This document shows, piece by piece, positions 41,435 through 51,172 of a DNA stretch of 64,000 nucleotides. Numbering within the stretch: the first letter of the stretch is position 1; every line of letters starts with the position of its first letter. The DNA is from Fistulifera solaris (lineage: Eukaryota): positions 186,001 to 250,000 of the forward strand of contig AP026136.1 of assembly GCA_030295235.1 (NCBI GenBank), in the 5' to 3' direction. The notes below the pieces were generated by a model. The model did not search any database. It saw only the letters and a program-made list of their open reading frames with translations, and had not been told where the DNA came from. Position numbers and translations under genes: made by a program.

Positions 41435-41998
41435 TCTCAGCTTCAGCATCCTGGAGAAGGCAAGCGGATGACTTATTTGCATTTGATTGAAATGAATTGA
41501 TTATAAGGTGGATCCGATTGACAATTGTAGCATGATCGGCATGTTGTCATGGTGAGAGTTTATCGTTTTTTGTTTTTGTTGAGGTTTTTCTCATTGATCG
41601 GAGAACTGACAGACTGACGTCATAGAGGGAAGGCAGGTGATTGGAAATTGGAATACAATTATTTCTACGTCGGGACACACTACCAGTACCATCACATTTC
41701 TTGTAGGGAAGAGACGGAGTTGATCCTATATTTGTGTCGTTGTGGTTTTCTAGTTTATGATGACCAGAATGTCCCTTGTCCGTTGAGGGTCACGGTCATG
41801 GAGCACGAACAAGCCGTTGCGTCGATGGAGGCACACGGCACACAACACAGGTATTTCTTGTGTTTTTGTTTTATTCCTGAACTTTGAAGTACTGCTGCGG
41901 AGTATTATTATTAAATCTCTTGTTGTAAATAATATATATTGTTGCTTTTTTTTGCTGACAAGGGAGCGTCATTGAAAAAGACGCCTCGATTCACAAGA

Positions 41999-43324
41999 AT
42001 GCTATCATTCCGAATTATTCTGTTCGCATGCGCTCTCGGCTGGACACCATCTTACGGTCAATCGTCGAAACGGCATGTTTCCATTCTCAATGACTCGACG
42101 TCCCTCAAAGCGCAAGTGAATTGGGTACATCCCCAAACGGGCGACCGCGTGCCCCTTTCCAGTGAATCACTGCGTCCTGGAGGGGAATTTCCCCTCGATA
42201 CTTTTGTGGGTCATGAATTGGAATTGCAAGAAATCGATTGTTCGCCAGCGTGTCGTCGCACTTCCTTTGTCGTATCCGAACGCCATCCCCCGGTCGTTCG
42301 TTTAGTAGACAACTTTGAACTGGTATGGCAAGATACTTTGACGAAAACAACAACAACAACAACACAAGCCGAGACGTTAGTACAAGACTGTCGCCAACAG
42401 GCCCAACAACAACCCGATCCCTTGAACTACCTTTCCCAGTGCGTCGAACAAGGCATGGCGGCCGCTTTGGAACAAATTCAACAAGACATTGCCTTTCAAA
42501 CATCGGTACGGACCGATATTGCGCATATGCTCGAAAATTATACCTGTTTGGATGGTTCATTAGAATCGACGCCCGATGTTCGTCAAGAACAGTGGCAACA
42601 CAAACCCGGTGAACCTGTGTTGCAAGTGCATGTCAAACACGAACGACCCGCCAGTCGCATTCACATGATTGAAGATTTCATTCGTCCCGATGAATGCAAA
42701 GCAATGGAAGAAGCGGCGGCTGTCACATTGCATCGCGCCACCGTCGCCGATGGTAAAGGTGGTTCCCGGGTTTCGGAAAATCGCAAAGCGATGCAAGCCG
42801 GTATTACTGTACCCTGGCATTTAGAGGTCGACGATCATCCAATTGCCCGATTGAGTCGGCGGGTATACGATTATACCAATCATGTGTTGGGCTTGAACAT
42901 TGATGAATTCGGACAAGAAGATCTCATGTCCATTCAGTACTTTGGCCGTGGACGCAACGATACGACACCGGATCGGTATACGCCGCATTGCGATGGAGAT
43001 TGTACGGGACAACCGCACAAATCTGGCACGCGGATGGCGACTTTGGTCATGTATTGTGACGTGGCGACCGATGGGGGTCATACCAACTTTCGCAATGCGG
43101 GCGTGCACGTCAAACCCACCACCGGGGCCGGCATTTTCTTTTCGTACATTGATCCGGACACTTTGGTCATGGATTCGGGATATACGGAACATTCGGGGTG
43201 TCCCGTGTTTGAAGGAACGAAACGCATTGTCACGCAGTGGGTGCGATTGGGTGTGGATACGGAAAATCCGTGGGATAGTTACAATACGTTGGGAATCAAA
43301 AAGTCGTTGGCGGAGGAGGAATAA
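41999..43324 (+). CDS. Prolyl 4-hydroxylase alpha-like 2OG-Fe(II) oxygenase, secretory
   Basis: Signal peptide; IEDFI, YTPHCD, RMATLVMY, GGHTNF, EHSGCPV, KRIVTQW. Confidence 0.92.
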   Translation: MLSFRIILFACALGWTPSYGQSSKRHVSILNDSTSLKAQVNWVHPQTGDRVPLSSESLRPGGEFPLDTFVGHELELQEIDCSPACRRTSFVVSERHPPVVRLVDNFELVWQDTLTKTTTTTTQAETLVQDCRQQAQQQPDPLNYLSQCVEQGMAAALEQIQQDIAFQTSVRTDIAHMLENYTCLDGSLESTPDVRQEQWQHKPGEPVLQVHVKHERPASRIHMIEDFIRPDECKAMEEAAAVTLHRATVADGKGGSRVSENRKAMQAGITVPWHLEVDDHPIARLSRRVYDYTNHVLGLNIDEFGQEDLMSIQYFGRGRNDTTPDRYTPHCDGDCTGQPHKSGTRMATLVMYCDVATDGGHTNFRNAGVHVKPTTGAGIFFSYIDPDTLVMDSGYTEHSGCPVFEGTKRIVTQWVRLGVDTENPWDSYNTLGIKKSLAEEE

Positions 43325-43548
43325 TGTGTGGTAGAGCCGATAGATCGTAACTAGTAGTAGGAGGTGTATTTAGTTGGTAAAAAAAGGGAATCGCTCGATT
43401 GTGCGTTAGTCGTTGTGTTTTGCTGTCCGTCTCTCTTTCGTTGTGCCGGTATGGCGTATCGTTTCGTTTTCGCTAGTTTTCAAAAAAAAATTGGGAAGAC
43501 TTTATATTATGTTCAATCCATCACCTCTATGGCTGTCATTGTTTTCTT

Positions 43549-44985
43549 TTAGGATGTTTCCGCCAGTGTTCTTGTACTCAAATAATTCCGAATGGCCACT
43601 AAATTGCTGCACAAATCACGCACAATCCGTCCCTCAATCATGCGGACGGGCAGATACGCCCGTGGACTCACTTCCACGGCGTACGTCAAACGCATATACT
43701 CCGTACCGGGTGGTGAACAACCCGGTAAGGGTTGCATCCTCCAAACGCCTTGATACATACGGAATTCTCCGTCATCATTTTCAATCGATTGCATGGAAAT
43801 ATCGCGGGTCGGTAATTTGGAGACGGCAAAGGGTCGAGGGAATTTGTACCGTTCGAGAGGAATCGTCGTCAAGTCGTTGGCCCGTTGTTTTCGGGATTTG
43901 CCTTCCCAAACATCATCCTGAAAATGGGCAAAATCGGGCAAGCCCTGGGGCCATTCCCGAACTTCGAGTGTCGTGCGGGCGGAAAATTGGAGACCGGCAA
44001 TCTTGGCACCACCGACTTGTCGTAACAGAGCTCCTTTCATTTGTTGCGCCAATTGTTGGCACTGTTCACTTTCAGAACGGGATTTATCAACCACGAGTCG
44101 TTCGGAAGCCGAATATTCTTGCAACACTTCATTGACGACCAGGTTGGGAACGACATCTTGCAAATGAGAATAATCCGTGAGGACATTCCATACATCCTCC
44201 ACGGACGCCATAATATCAATCCCCGCAAAGATCCGTCGGGAATTCTCGGGTGCTTTTTCCACTCGTACGACGGGTTCACCCGGCACCAAACACTGATCAT
44301 CGTCCAAGAACGGTGGCGCCATTTCACTGGTACCGTAATCGACATCTTCAAAAGCGAGGGTGGAAATATCCACATCACTACTGTTGACCGCCGCCACATA
44401 CATATCCGCCAATGCCTTCGAGGCGGCTTCTTCTTCAGCTTGTTCAACGACTACCAGGGCCCCTTCAATGGCTTGTTCCAACGTGGCCGCTTGGACGGCT
44501 TGCAACGACAATCGTGTTTGCCTTTTGGCGTGTTCGATGGCGGCGCGGGTTTCTTGCACGGCTTGTTCCAATTGCAGTAATTTGTCTTCGAGTGGTCGGA
44601 ATGTGTCGCTGATTATTGTATTTAAATCATCATCATTTTCGGAAGTAGTGGTTGCTTTCGTGTCTTTCATCTTGCGCTGTCGTTGTTGCAAATCTTCCAC
44701 CGCCATGTCCATGGCCGTCAATGTCGCATTTGACAAGACGGCACCGACGGGTGATATGAGAGCAATGGGTTTGGACATGGTCTTCACCAAATTGGTGACG
44801 CGCTGTTTCAATCGGGCTTTGCGTTCTTCGGGGAGTGGACGACTGGCGGGGAGTGGATGATGATGATTCGTCGTTGTAGGAGTGTGTCGACGACTCTTCT
44901 TCTTGGGCAAGCCAAACGCATCGATGGAGCCAAGCAGCAACAGCAGTACAGCGACCGTTTGAAAAGGATAATTTCTTGATTGCAT
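43549..44985 (-). CDS. Polyketide cyclase/START (COQ10-like) domain protein, predicted plastid-targeted
   Basis: Signal then IDA-F; RRIFAGIDIMASVEDVWNVLTDY, GEFRMYQGVWRM, LTYAVEVSP. Confidence 0.85.
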   Translation of the reverse strand: MQSRNYPFQTVAVLLLLLGSIDAFGLPKKKSRRHTPTTTNHHHPLPASRPLPEERKARLKQRVTNLVKTMSKPIALISPVGAVLSNATLTAMDMAVEDLQQRQRKMKDTKATTTSENDDDLNTIISDTFRPLEDKLLQLEQAVQETRAAIEHAKRQTRLSLQAVQAATLEQAIEGALVVVEQAEEEAASKALADMYVAAVNSSDVDISTLAFEDVDYGTSEMAPPFLDDDQCLVPGEPVVRVEKAPENSRRIFAGIDIMASVEDVWNVLTDYSHLQDVVPNLVVNEVLQEYSASERLVVDKSRSESEQCQQLAQQMKGALLRQVGGAKIAGLQFSARTTLEVREWPQGLPDFAHFQDDVWEGKSRKQRANDLTTIPLERYKFPRPFAVSKLPTRDISMQSIENDDGEFRMYQGVWRMQPLPGCSPPGTEYMRLTYAVEVSPRAYLPVRMIEGRIVRDLCSNLVAIRNYLSTRTLAETS

Positions 44986-45443
44986 GATGAATGAGGAGAG
45001 TGTTTGTGAGTGAATGACGAAAACGCAAACAAACGAGGAACGCAAACAGATATAGAGAAAGGTGAGGAGTATGAGGAGGAGGAGGGGAAAAAAATGGCTT
45101 TCTCGTCGTCATCTGTCTGTCATCTCGCATCAACTTTTTCCTCCCTCTCATCACGCGGAGCAGCTTGTCGATCTTGGAAGTATCCGGGAAAGTGTACAAT
45201 GGTGTCGCCTTGGAAGGCTGACGTATGCGGTGTGTCGGATAGGGGAATAACGTCACAACAATGTCTTCGCGGTAACCAAAACTGAGTCTCGGTGTGAGAT
45301 GCTTCGCACATTCATCAGACGACTTTGGCTTCGCAAAAAAAAAAAAACAAGAGATGTGAGACGCGACGATCGATCGAGCCATTGCAAAACGACAAAAAAA
45401 GTACTCAGTAACCCTTTCCATCTCCTTGCACCCAAATAATAAT

Positions 45444-46579
45444 ATGACACAAGAAGAAGAAGAAGAAGAAGATACGTATTGGATTGCGGCTGTCGAAGCG
45501 GGCGGGACATCCTTTCAGATTGCCATTTGTCAAGTAGTGACCGGCGGAGCCCGTCCCACGATTGTGCATCGGAGGGAAATTCCGTCCGATCAAGCGCCGC
45601 ATGTGACGTTAGAGGCGTGTGCTTCCTTTTTCAAACAATTCTCGTATCCGTATCGTGTTTTGGGGATTGCGACCTTTGGACCGGTCGGATTGCGTCCCGA
45701 ACATCCTGAAACGTACGGACGAATTTTATCCACTTCACCCAAAGAAGCCTGGAGAAATGTCGATCTACTAACACCCCTTCGGGAAGCTTGTTTATCGAAC
45801 AATCCTCACATTAAAGTGCGTTTGGAAACCGATGTCAATGCCCCTGCCTGGGCCGAATATCTGGAGGGAAATGGAAAAATTTCCAGTTGTGCGTATATTA
45901 CCGGCGGAACCGGCGTCGGTGTTGGCTTGGTCGTCAATCATAAAACCGTTCACGGAAGAATGCATCCGGAAGGAGGACATGTGGCGGTACTGCCGTTGCC
46001 CACCGATACCTTTGGCGGATATTCGTGGGGTACCAATTGTCCGTATGGGGGTCAAAATACCGTCGAAGGCTTGGCATCGGCGGTAGCTCTCACGGAACGA
46101 TTGCAAACCTTACAATCACCCGACGCACCACCCCTGCAACGTAGTATTTTGAGTACTTTGCCGGACGATCATGAAATATGGGATCATGCGGCAAATGCCT
46201 TGGCGAGTTTGTGTACGACCTTGTTATTGACCTTGTCGATCGAAAAAATTGTCTTGGGGGGTGGTGTCATGAAACGGCCGGGATTGTTACAAAGATACAA
46301 CGCCGAACCGTCGAACTGATCAATGGTTATATTGAGTTGCCCATTACAAACATGTCGACTCTCATTACGACGTCAGCGGCGGGAGAAGATGCCGGATTGG
46401 TGGGTGCCATTGTATTGGCGCAATCGGCGTGTTGTGACGAAGAAGCGGCACGCGAACAGCAAAAACTCACCAAGATGAAACAAACCGCATTTACGTATGG
46501 AATATGGCACCGCCTGTTGGTGGGAAGCCTTTTGACGGCCGTCTTGTGCAAACGCTTTTATCGAACGACCAATAAATAG
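45444..46579 (+). CDS. ROK-family fructokinase
   Basis: AAVEAGGTSF, GIATFGP, ETDVNAPA, GTGVG, HPEGGH, IVLGGGV, AGLVGA; frameshift near 46290. Confidence 0.9.
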
Positions 46580-46658
46580 ATGCGGTTACTTCGTATCATA
46601 AACAAAAAGACATTGAAAGAAAAACGTAGCTTTAGTATTAGTAGCGCGCGCTCGCATT

Positions 46659-47933
46659 TTACAATGCGGCCTTTTCCAACTGCGCCGCCAAGTCGTCAAT
46701 GTCTTGATCGTCTCTTTCGTCCTCGTCGTCGTCGTCGTCGTCATCATCTTCCAACAAGTCCTCCTCATCAATGACAACATTGGGATACATGGCCCGCAAT
46801 TGCTGGACTTGCTTTCGCGTCATTTCCGTTTCCGTCAAAATGAAAGTTTCTAGGTTCGCAATTTTGTGTTGCAACAGTAACTGGACGGCCTCGGTCTCCA
46901 ACAAATTTTCCGACAAATTGAGTTCGCGCAAGGACGTGGTTTGTTGTAAATACGGCAACAGCTGCACAAGTCCTTCGTGTTCGATTTCGTTCGTGGCAAG
47001 TTCCAAACACTGTACGGTAGGGTGTTGCAGTAAATATTGCGTCAACCGTTCCATCCCTTCCACTTCCAGTTCATTGCCACTGACCTTGAGGGAAGTCAAT
47101 TGCGCTTTCGATTTCGTCAAGGCCGTGAGGAGTAATTCCAAACCATCGGGTTGTAAGGAACAATCGACGACATTGAGTGCTTCAAGATGCGGACTTTGGG
47201 CAATGGCTGCACAAAGATCATGAATGGGATGTTCCGGGTCATCACCGGATTTGAGTTCGGAATCCATCACGTTGATGTCACGCACATGGGGATTTGCGCG
47301 CGTTTGTTCCGCCAATCCTTGACAAATGGCTTTCGTGCCCTGTTCCAAGGGACGACAACCATTGTAATGCAAGACTTGCAACTGTTGCCATTGGGGCAGA
47401 AGTGTTCCGACGACTTGGGCACCCTGCGGCCCAATTTGATTGCGTCCCAAACGAATGGCTTGTAAATCGGGTCGCACTTGTAATACGAGCAGTGATTCTT
47501 TCGATAAACCGGTATTTTCCAACGTCAAGGTGTGTGGCAATTGCAAAAGATCACGCAACAATTCGATACCCCGAATCCCCAGGGCATTGTCATCGAGATG
47601 AAGGACTTCCAGGGACGACGAAGTACTGCTACTACCAAAGACGTCATTGAAAAAGGATAAACTCGCCAATCCCTCTTCCGTCACGAGACCCGCAATGATA
47701 TCATCGATTTTGAGAGTATGAATGCGATGCACAATCGATTGTTGCAAGAATTCGCGCAAGACATCTAAACATTCTTTCCGCCAGACCCGACACGACAAAT
47801 CCAACACAATGGGGACGTCGTACGGTAGCAACTGTGTTTGCCATTGCTCTACCAGTGATTCGGCGATGGTAGTTGTGATGGGTACCAAACGATCCCCGTG
47901 TGAATGAAGTGTTAGCATATTATTTGTTGTCAT
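46659..47933 (-). CDS. RANGAP: Ran GTPase-activating protein-like LRR protein
   Basis: RI-like LRRs (LDDNALGIRG, LENTGLS, LGRNQIG, VSGNEL, LATNEI, LSENLL) followed by an acidic tail. Confidence 0.78.
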   Translation of the reverse strand: MTTNNMLTLHSHGDRLVPITTTIAESLVEQWQTQLLPYDVPIVLDLSCRVWRKECLDVLREFLQQSIVHRIHTLKIDDIIAGLVTEEGLASLSFFNDVFGSSSTSSSLEVLHLDDNALGIRGIELLRDLLQLPHTLTLENTGLSKESLLVLQVRPDLQAIRLGRNQIGPQGAQVVGTLLPQWQQLQVLHYNGCRPLEQGTKAICQGLAEQTRANPHVRDINVMDSELKSGDDPEHPIHDLCAAIAQSPHLEALNVVDCSLQPDGLELLLTALTKSKAQLTSLKVSGNELEVEGMERLTQYLLQHPTVQCLELATNEIEHEGLVQLLPYLQQTTSLRELNLSENLLETEAVQLLLQHKIANLETFILTETEMTRKQVQQLRAMYPNVVIDEEDLLEDDDDDDDDEDERDDQDIDDLAAQLEKAAL

Positions 47934-47950
47934 GAAAACAAAATGAATCA

Positions 47951-47994
47951 AGGAAGGAAGGAAGGAAGGAAGGAAGGAAGGAAGGAAGGAAGGA
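47951..47994. repeat. (GGAA)n microsatellite
   Basis: About 11 tandem AGGA units just upstream of the RanGAP-like start. Confidence 0.95.
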
Positions 47995-48473
47995 AAAGGA
48001 TGATAATACTGCTTGGAGTTGGGAAGGGGAAAAAAAGAAAATGACGGGTCTTGAATATCAAGTACTTCTTGTACAAGCAGTTCCAGGTTCCAGCCATGCA
48101 TCTCGTTTGGGCGGTTCGATGACGCAAGCCGCGGGATGCGGGATGACCGTTGGATGAGGAATAATCGACTGTACTATACTAATGACTGTATGGTGTCTGT
48201 CTGTCTATGCGTGCCTGACGTACGTCCGACCGACGTACGACAGGCCTTCCATCAGTCCTTCCATCCGTTCGACTTCGCTTTTGCACGTTGGAGTTGGACG
48301 CACTTTCCGCACCCGCTGGTTGCGTTTGTCACGCCATGTTCCTTTTTTTTTTTGTTGTTCCTTTTCTTGATTTCCTCCTCGGGTCACACAATTACACAAG
48401 TCGGCTGTTTGCTGGATGAATTAATTTCTCCTTGTGTGTGTATACATGTATTGATGATTCAGTCAATGACAGA

Positions 48474-49543
48474 ATGACTTGGGGTTCACAGCGCTTTTTA
48501 CAACGCATCTATCAAAGTCCCAGAAGGAAGAATCATCCTCTACATCGCGTGATACCATCCTGGCATCCTCGTTCATCGTCGTCTTCCCTAGCGCAAGACG
48601 AGGATCCTTTGATCGAATATGATAGACCACAGAAAAAAGTGACACATTGTCCGACATGTACTTGTTCATCCTCATTACAGCCAATGCCACCACCCTTGCC
48701 GGAACCCCAATATTCCGTTCGACGCCGGGTCTTGCCGTCGCATTTGACGGCACTCCATTCGACCCAAGGGACACATCTGCTGTTGGAAGCATTGACGAAC
48801 AATAGTGCCGCAGCATACATTCCACTAACGGAACATTTTTGTAATCAATCCGATCCGGCCTTTTGTGGCATTACCACCTTACTCATGGTATTGAATGCGT
48901 TTGCGGTAGATCCGATGGTCCGATGGAAAGGGGGATGGCGGTATTTTGGAGATGAAACCGTATTATTGAGTCAATGTTGTTTGTCGGCAGAATTGGTGCG
49001 ACGAGTCGGTGTGACGATGGAACAGTTGCAACAATTGGCGGTCTGTCACGGATTGCGCGTGCAAATGGAACGCCCCATCACCCACAACAATGAACAACTC
49101 TTTCGAACTCATGTCAAAGAATGTTTGCAACCAACCGAGCATCCTTCAGCGATGCTTGTGGTATCGTATGCCCGGAGTGCCTTGGGACAAACGGGAGAAG
49201 GACATTTTCACCGCTGGCAGCGTATCATGAAGCGTCGGATCAAGTACTCTTATTGGATGTGGCGCGATTCAAATATCCACCGTACTGGGTCCCCGTATCG
49301 GAATTGTATCAGGCCATGACTTGGATCGACAAAGTCACGGCACAATCGCGGGGGTGGTACGTGATGCGTCCACCCTTGCTTTCCAGTAGTTACAAGGGCG
49401 TCCCGATTGTGTCGGAAGAACGTCGTCCGGCGTCGCTGGTGCCATTGGCCGGTCAAAGTGTTTCCCGGTGTCCTCTGCATCCGGTGAAAATCGATTTTTG
49501 TCAGGCCGTTCGGCCACGGAATGTCCGTCGCACCAAGTCCTAG
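48474..49543 (+). CDS. PCS: Phytochelatin synthase (catalytic domain only)
   Basis: Catalytic triad QSDPAFCG, GEGHFSP (across a frameshift near 49208), LLLDVARFKYPPYWV; WKGGWRYF; SRGW. Confidence 0.94.
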
Positions 49544-49557
49544 TTTCGAAAGGCTGT

Positions 49558-49559
<2 letters not shown>

Positions 49560-49587
<28 letters not shown>
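49560..49587. repeat. (CT)n microsatellite
   Basis: About 14 CT units between the convergent PCS and ORC6 genes. Confidence 0.95.
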
Positions 49588-49588
<1 letters not shown>

Positions 49589-49635
49589 AAAGGAACTGTT
49601 TTTGTTTTGTATTCTAAAATAGTTGCATTTTTATT

Positions 49636-50694
49636 TCATGTCAAAACACCGTATTTGCGAAGAATGTCGTCTGCCGCCAGTGCCAAGAGTTGACTGTTCG
49701 TGTGGTTATCGATTGAGTTATCGCTCCGTAATTGACTACGAGCCTGATCCATAGCACTCTCGAGTTGTAGTTGTCGCCACTCCAAGAATCGACTATCTTG
49801 TTCTTCTTCGTCTTCTCGTTGACGAAATGTATCTTCCTCTGGCATGGCTGGTTCTATTTCAGGAATTGAGTCTACTTCCATGGCATCCTCTTTCTCGGGT
49901 AAAGGACGCTTGCGTTGCCGAATCATCGTATTCGGCTGTTTCAATGTGTGATAGGTATCCTTCACAAAGGGCAGTACTTGCTTCAATTCCAAGCGCGTAA
50001 ATTCGGTGGAAGCATCGATGAGGTCCTCGAGGGCCACGTCGGCGACACAATACAAAGCCGCCGCCTCGTACGCGGGTCCGTATCGTACGAAATCATACAA
50101 TTGACCCCGACGATCGGATTCACTCATGGAAGGATTGTTTATTACGAATTGCATCATTTGATCAAACAATTGTTGCGCCAATTGACACGCCTTGGCTGAA
50201 TCTAATATTTGGAGTCGAATCGCCAAATCTTCGATGCGCCGCCCATCGGCTTGCGCGGTGGTGGACCGGGACGATCGTCGTCGTTCTTCAATGGGGCGTT
50301 TCGCCAGTTGTTGGCGGATGGCTTGCACTTGTGTGCTTCGTTTGATCGGTAAATATTGTTGTATGGAAAGAGTGCTCGGCTGTTGCAGATAATTGTTGAG
50401 GCATTGTTGCAGTTGTTCGAGATGCAGTGTTTTTATATTCACCGCCTTTTCCAACTTTTGCCACGGCAGACGGCTTTTTGTTTCTTGACGATACGCCAAC
50501 TCCAACAAGACAGCCGCACGAGTATTGGAACGATCGTATTTGCCGAGACTTCCTGTTTTGACGCGTGTTTCGAGGATACGGACATTTTCCGCGGCTTTGC
50601 GGATCACTTCTTTCGAAATATCCACCGCGTGATTTTTCGTCAGTATTTCGGCTAATCTTTCGACTGGGTTTCCCACTTGAAACGTAAGTGGCAT
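49636..50694 (-). CDS. ORC6: Origin recognition complex subunit 6-like
   Basis: VIRKAAENVR…RAAVLLELA…IEDLAIRL…DFVR…AYEAAALY parallels the plant ORC6 pattern as recalled (LIRKAAE, KAVICLEIA, VRELAVQF, DFTRP.F.AAAFY). Confidence 0.8.
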   Translation of the reverse strand: MPLTFQVGNPVERLAEILTKNHAVDISKEVIRKAAENVRILETRVKTGSLGKYDRSNTRAAVLLELAYRQETKSRLPWQKLEKAVNIKTLHLEQLQQCLNNYLQQPSTLSIQQYLPIKRSTQVQAIRQQLAKRPIEERRRSSRSTTAQADGRRIEDLAIRLQILDSAKACQLAQQLFDQMMQFVINNPSMSESDRRGQLYDFVRYGPAYEAAALYCVADVALEDLIDASTEFTRLELKQVLPFVKDTYHTLKQPNTMIRQRKRPLPEKEDAMEVDSIPEIEPAMPEEDTFRQREDEEEQDSRFLEWRQLQLESAMDQARSQLRSDNSIDNHTNSQLLALAADDILRKYGVLT

Positions 50695-51172
50695 TGTAAG
50701 GAGACTAGGGTGAGTAGGCGAGACTTTCTATGAGAGTACGAGTGAATGATTAGCAATTTACTTTGTACTAGGGTACCTTGTACGTTCGTCAAATTGTCAT
50801 GGTCGCCCGCGATCGCGGTGCAAAATGTTGGCTATAATTATTTTGGCTGGCCGAGTTTTGGTGCCGGTCCGCCGATAGGTTGATCGCGACAATACCGGGA
50901 TGAAGCTATTTCCGTTGGGGATATCTGTTGGTGTTTCCGAGTACATTCTATTCCAGATTTATTACGATACTTATAGGTTGTGTCCTAATAGGGATCGCGC
51001 CTTTCACTCTGTGTCACATTCTTGATATAAAGGTTTATACAAAAATGAAGAATGCATATTTTCGACGGAAAATACCAAAATCCCATCGTCCAACAATTTG
51101 TTGGTTTGCGGCACGGCGTGACAACTTAAATGTGATCAAGATTAAATACCTTATACATCGCATATAACAACC

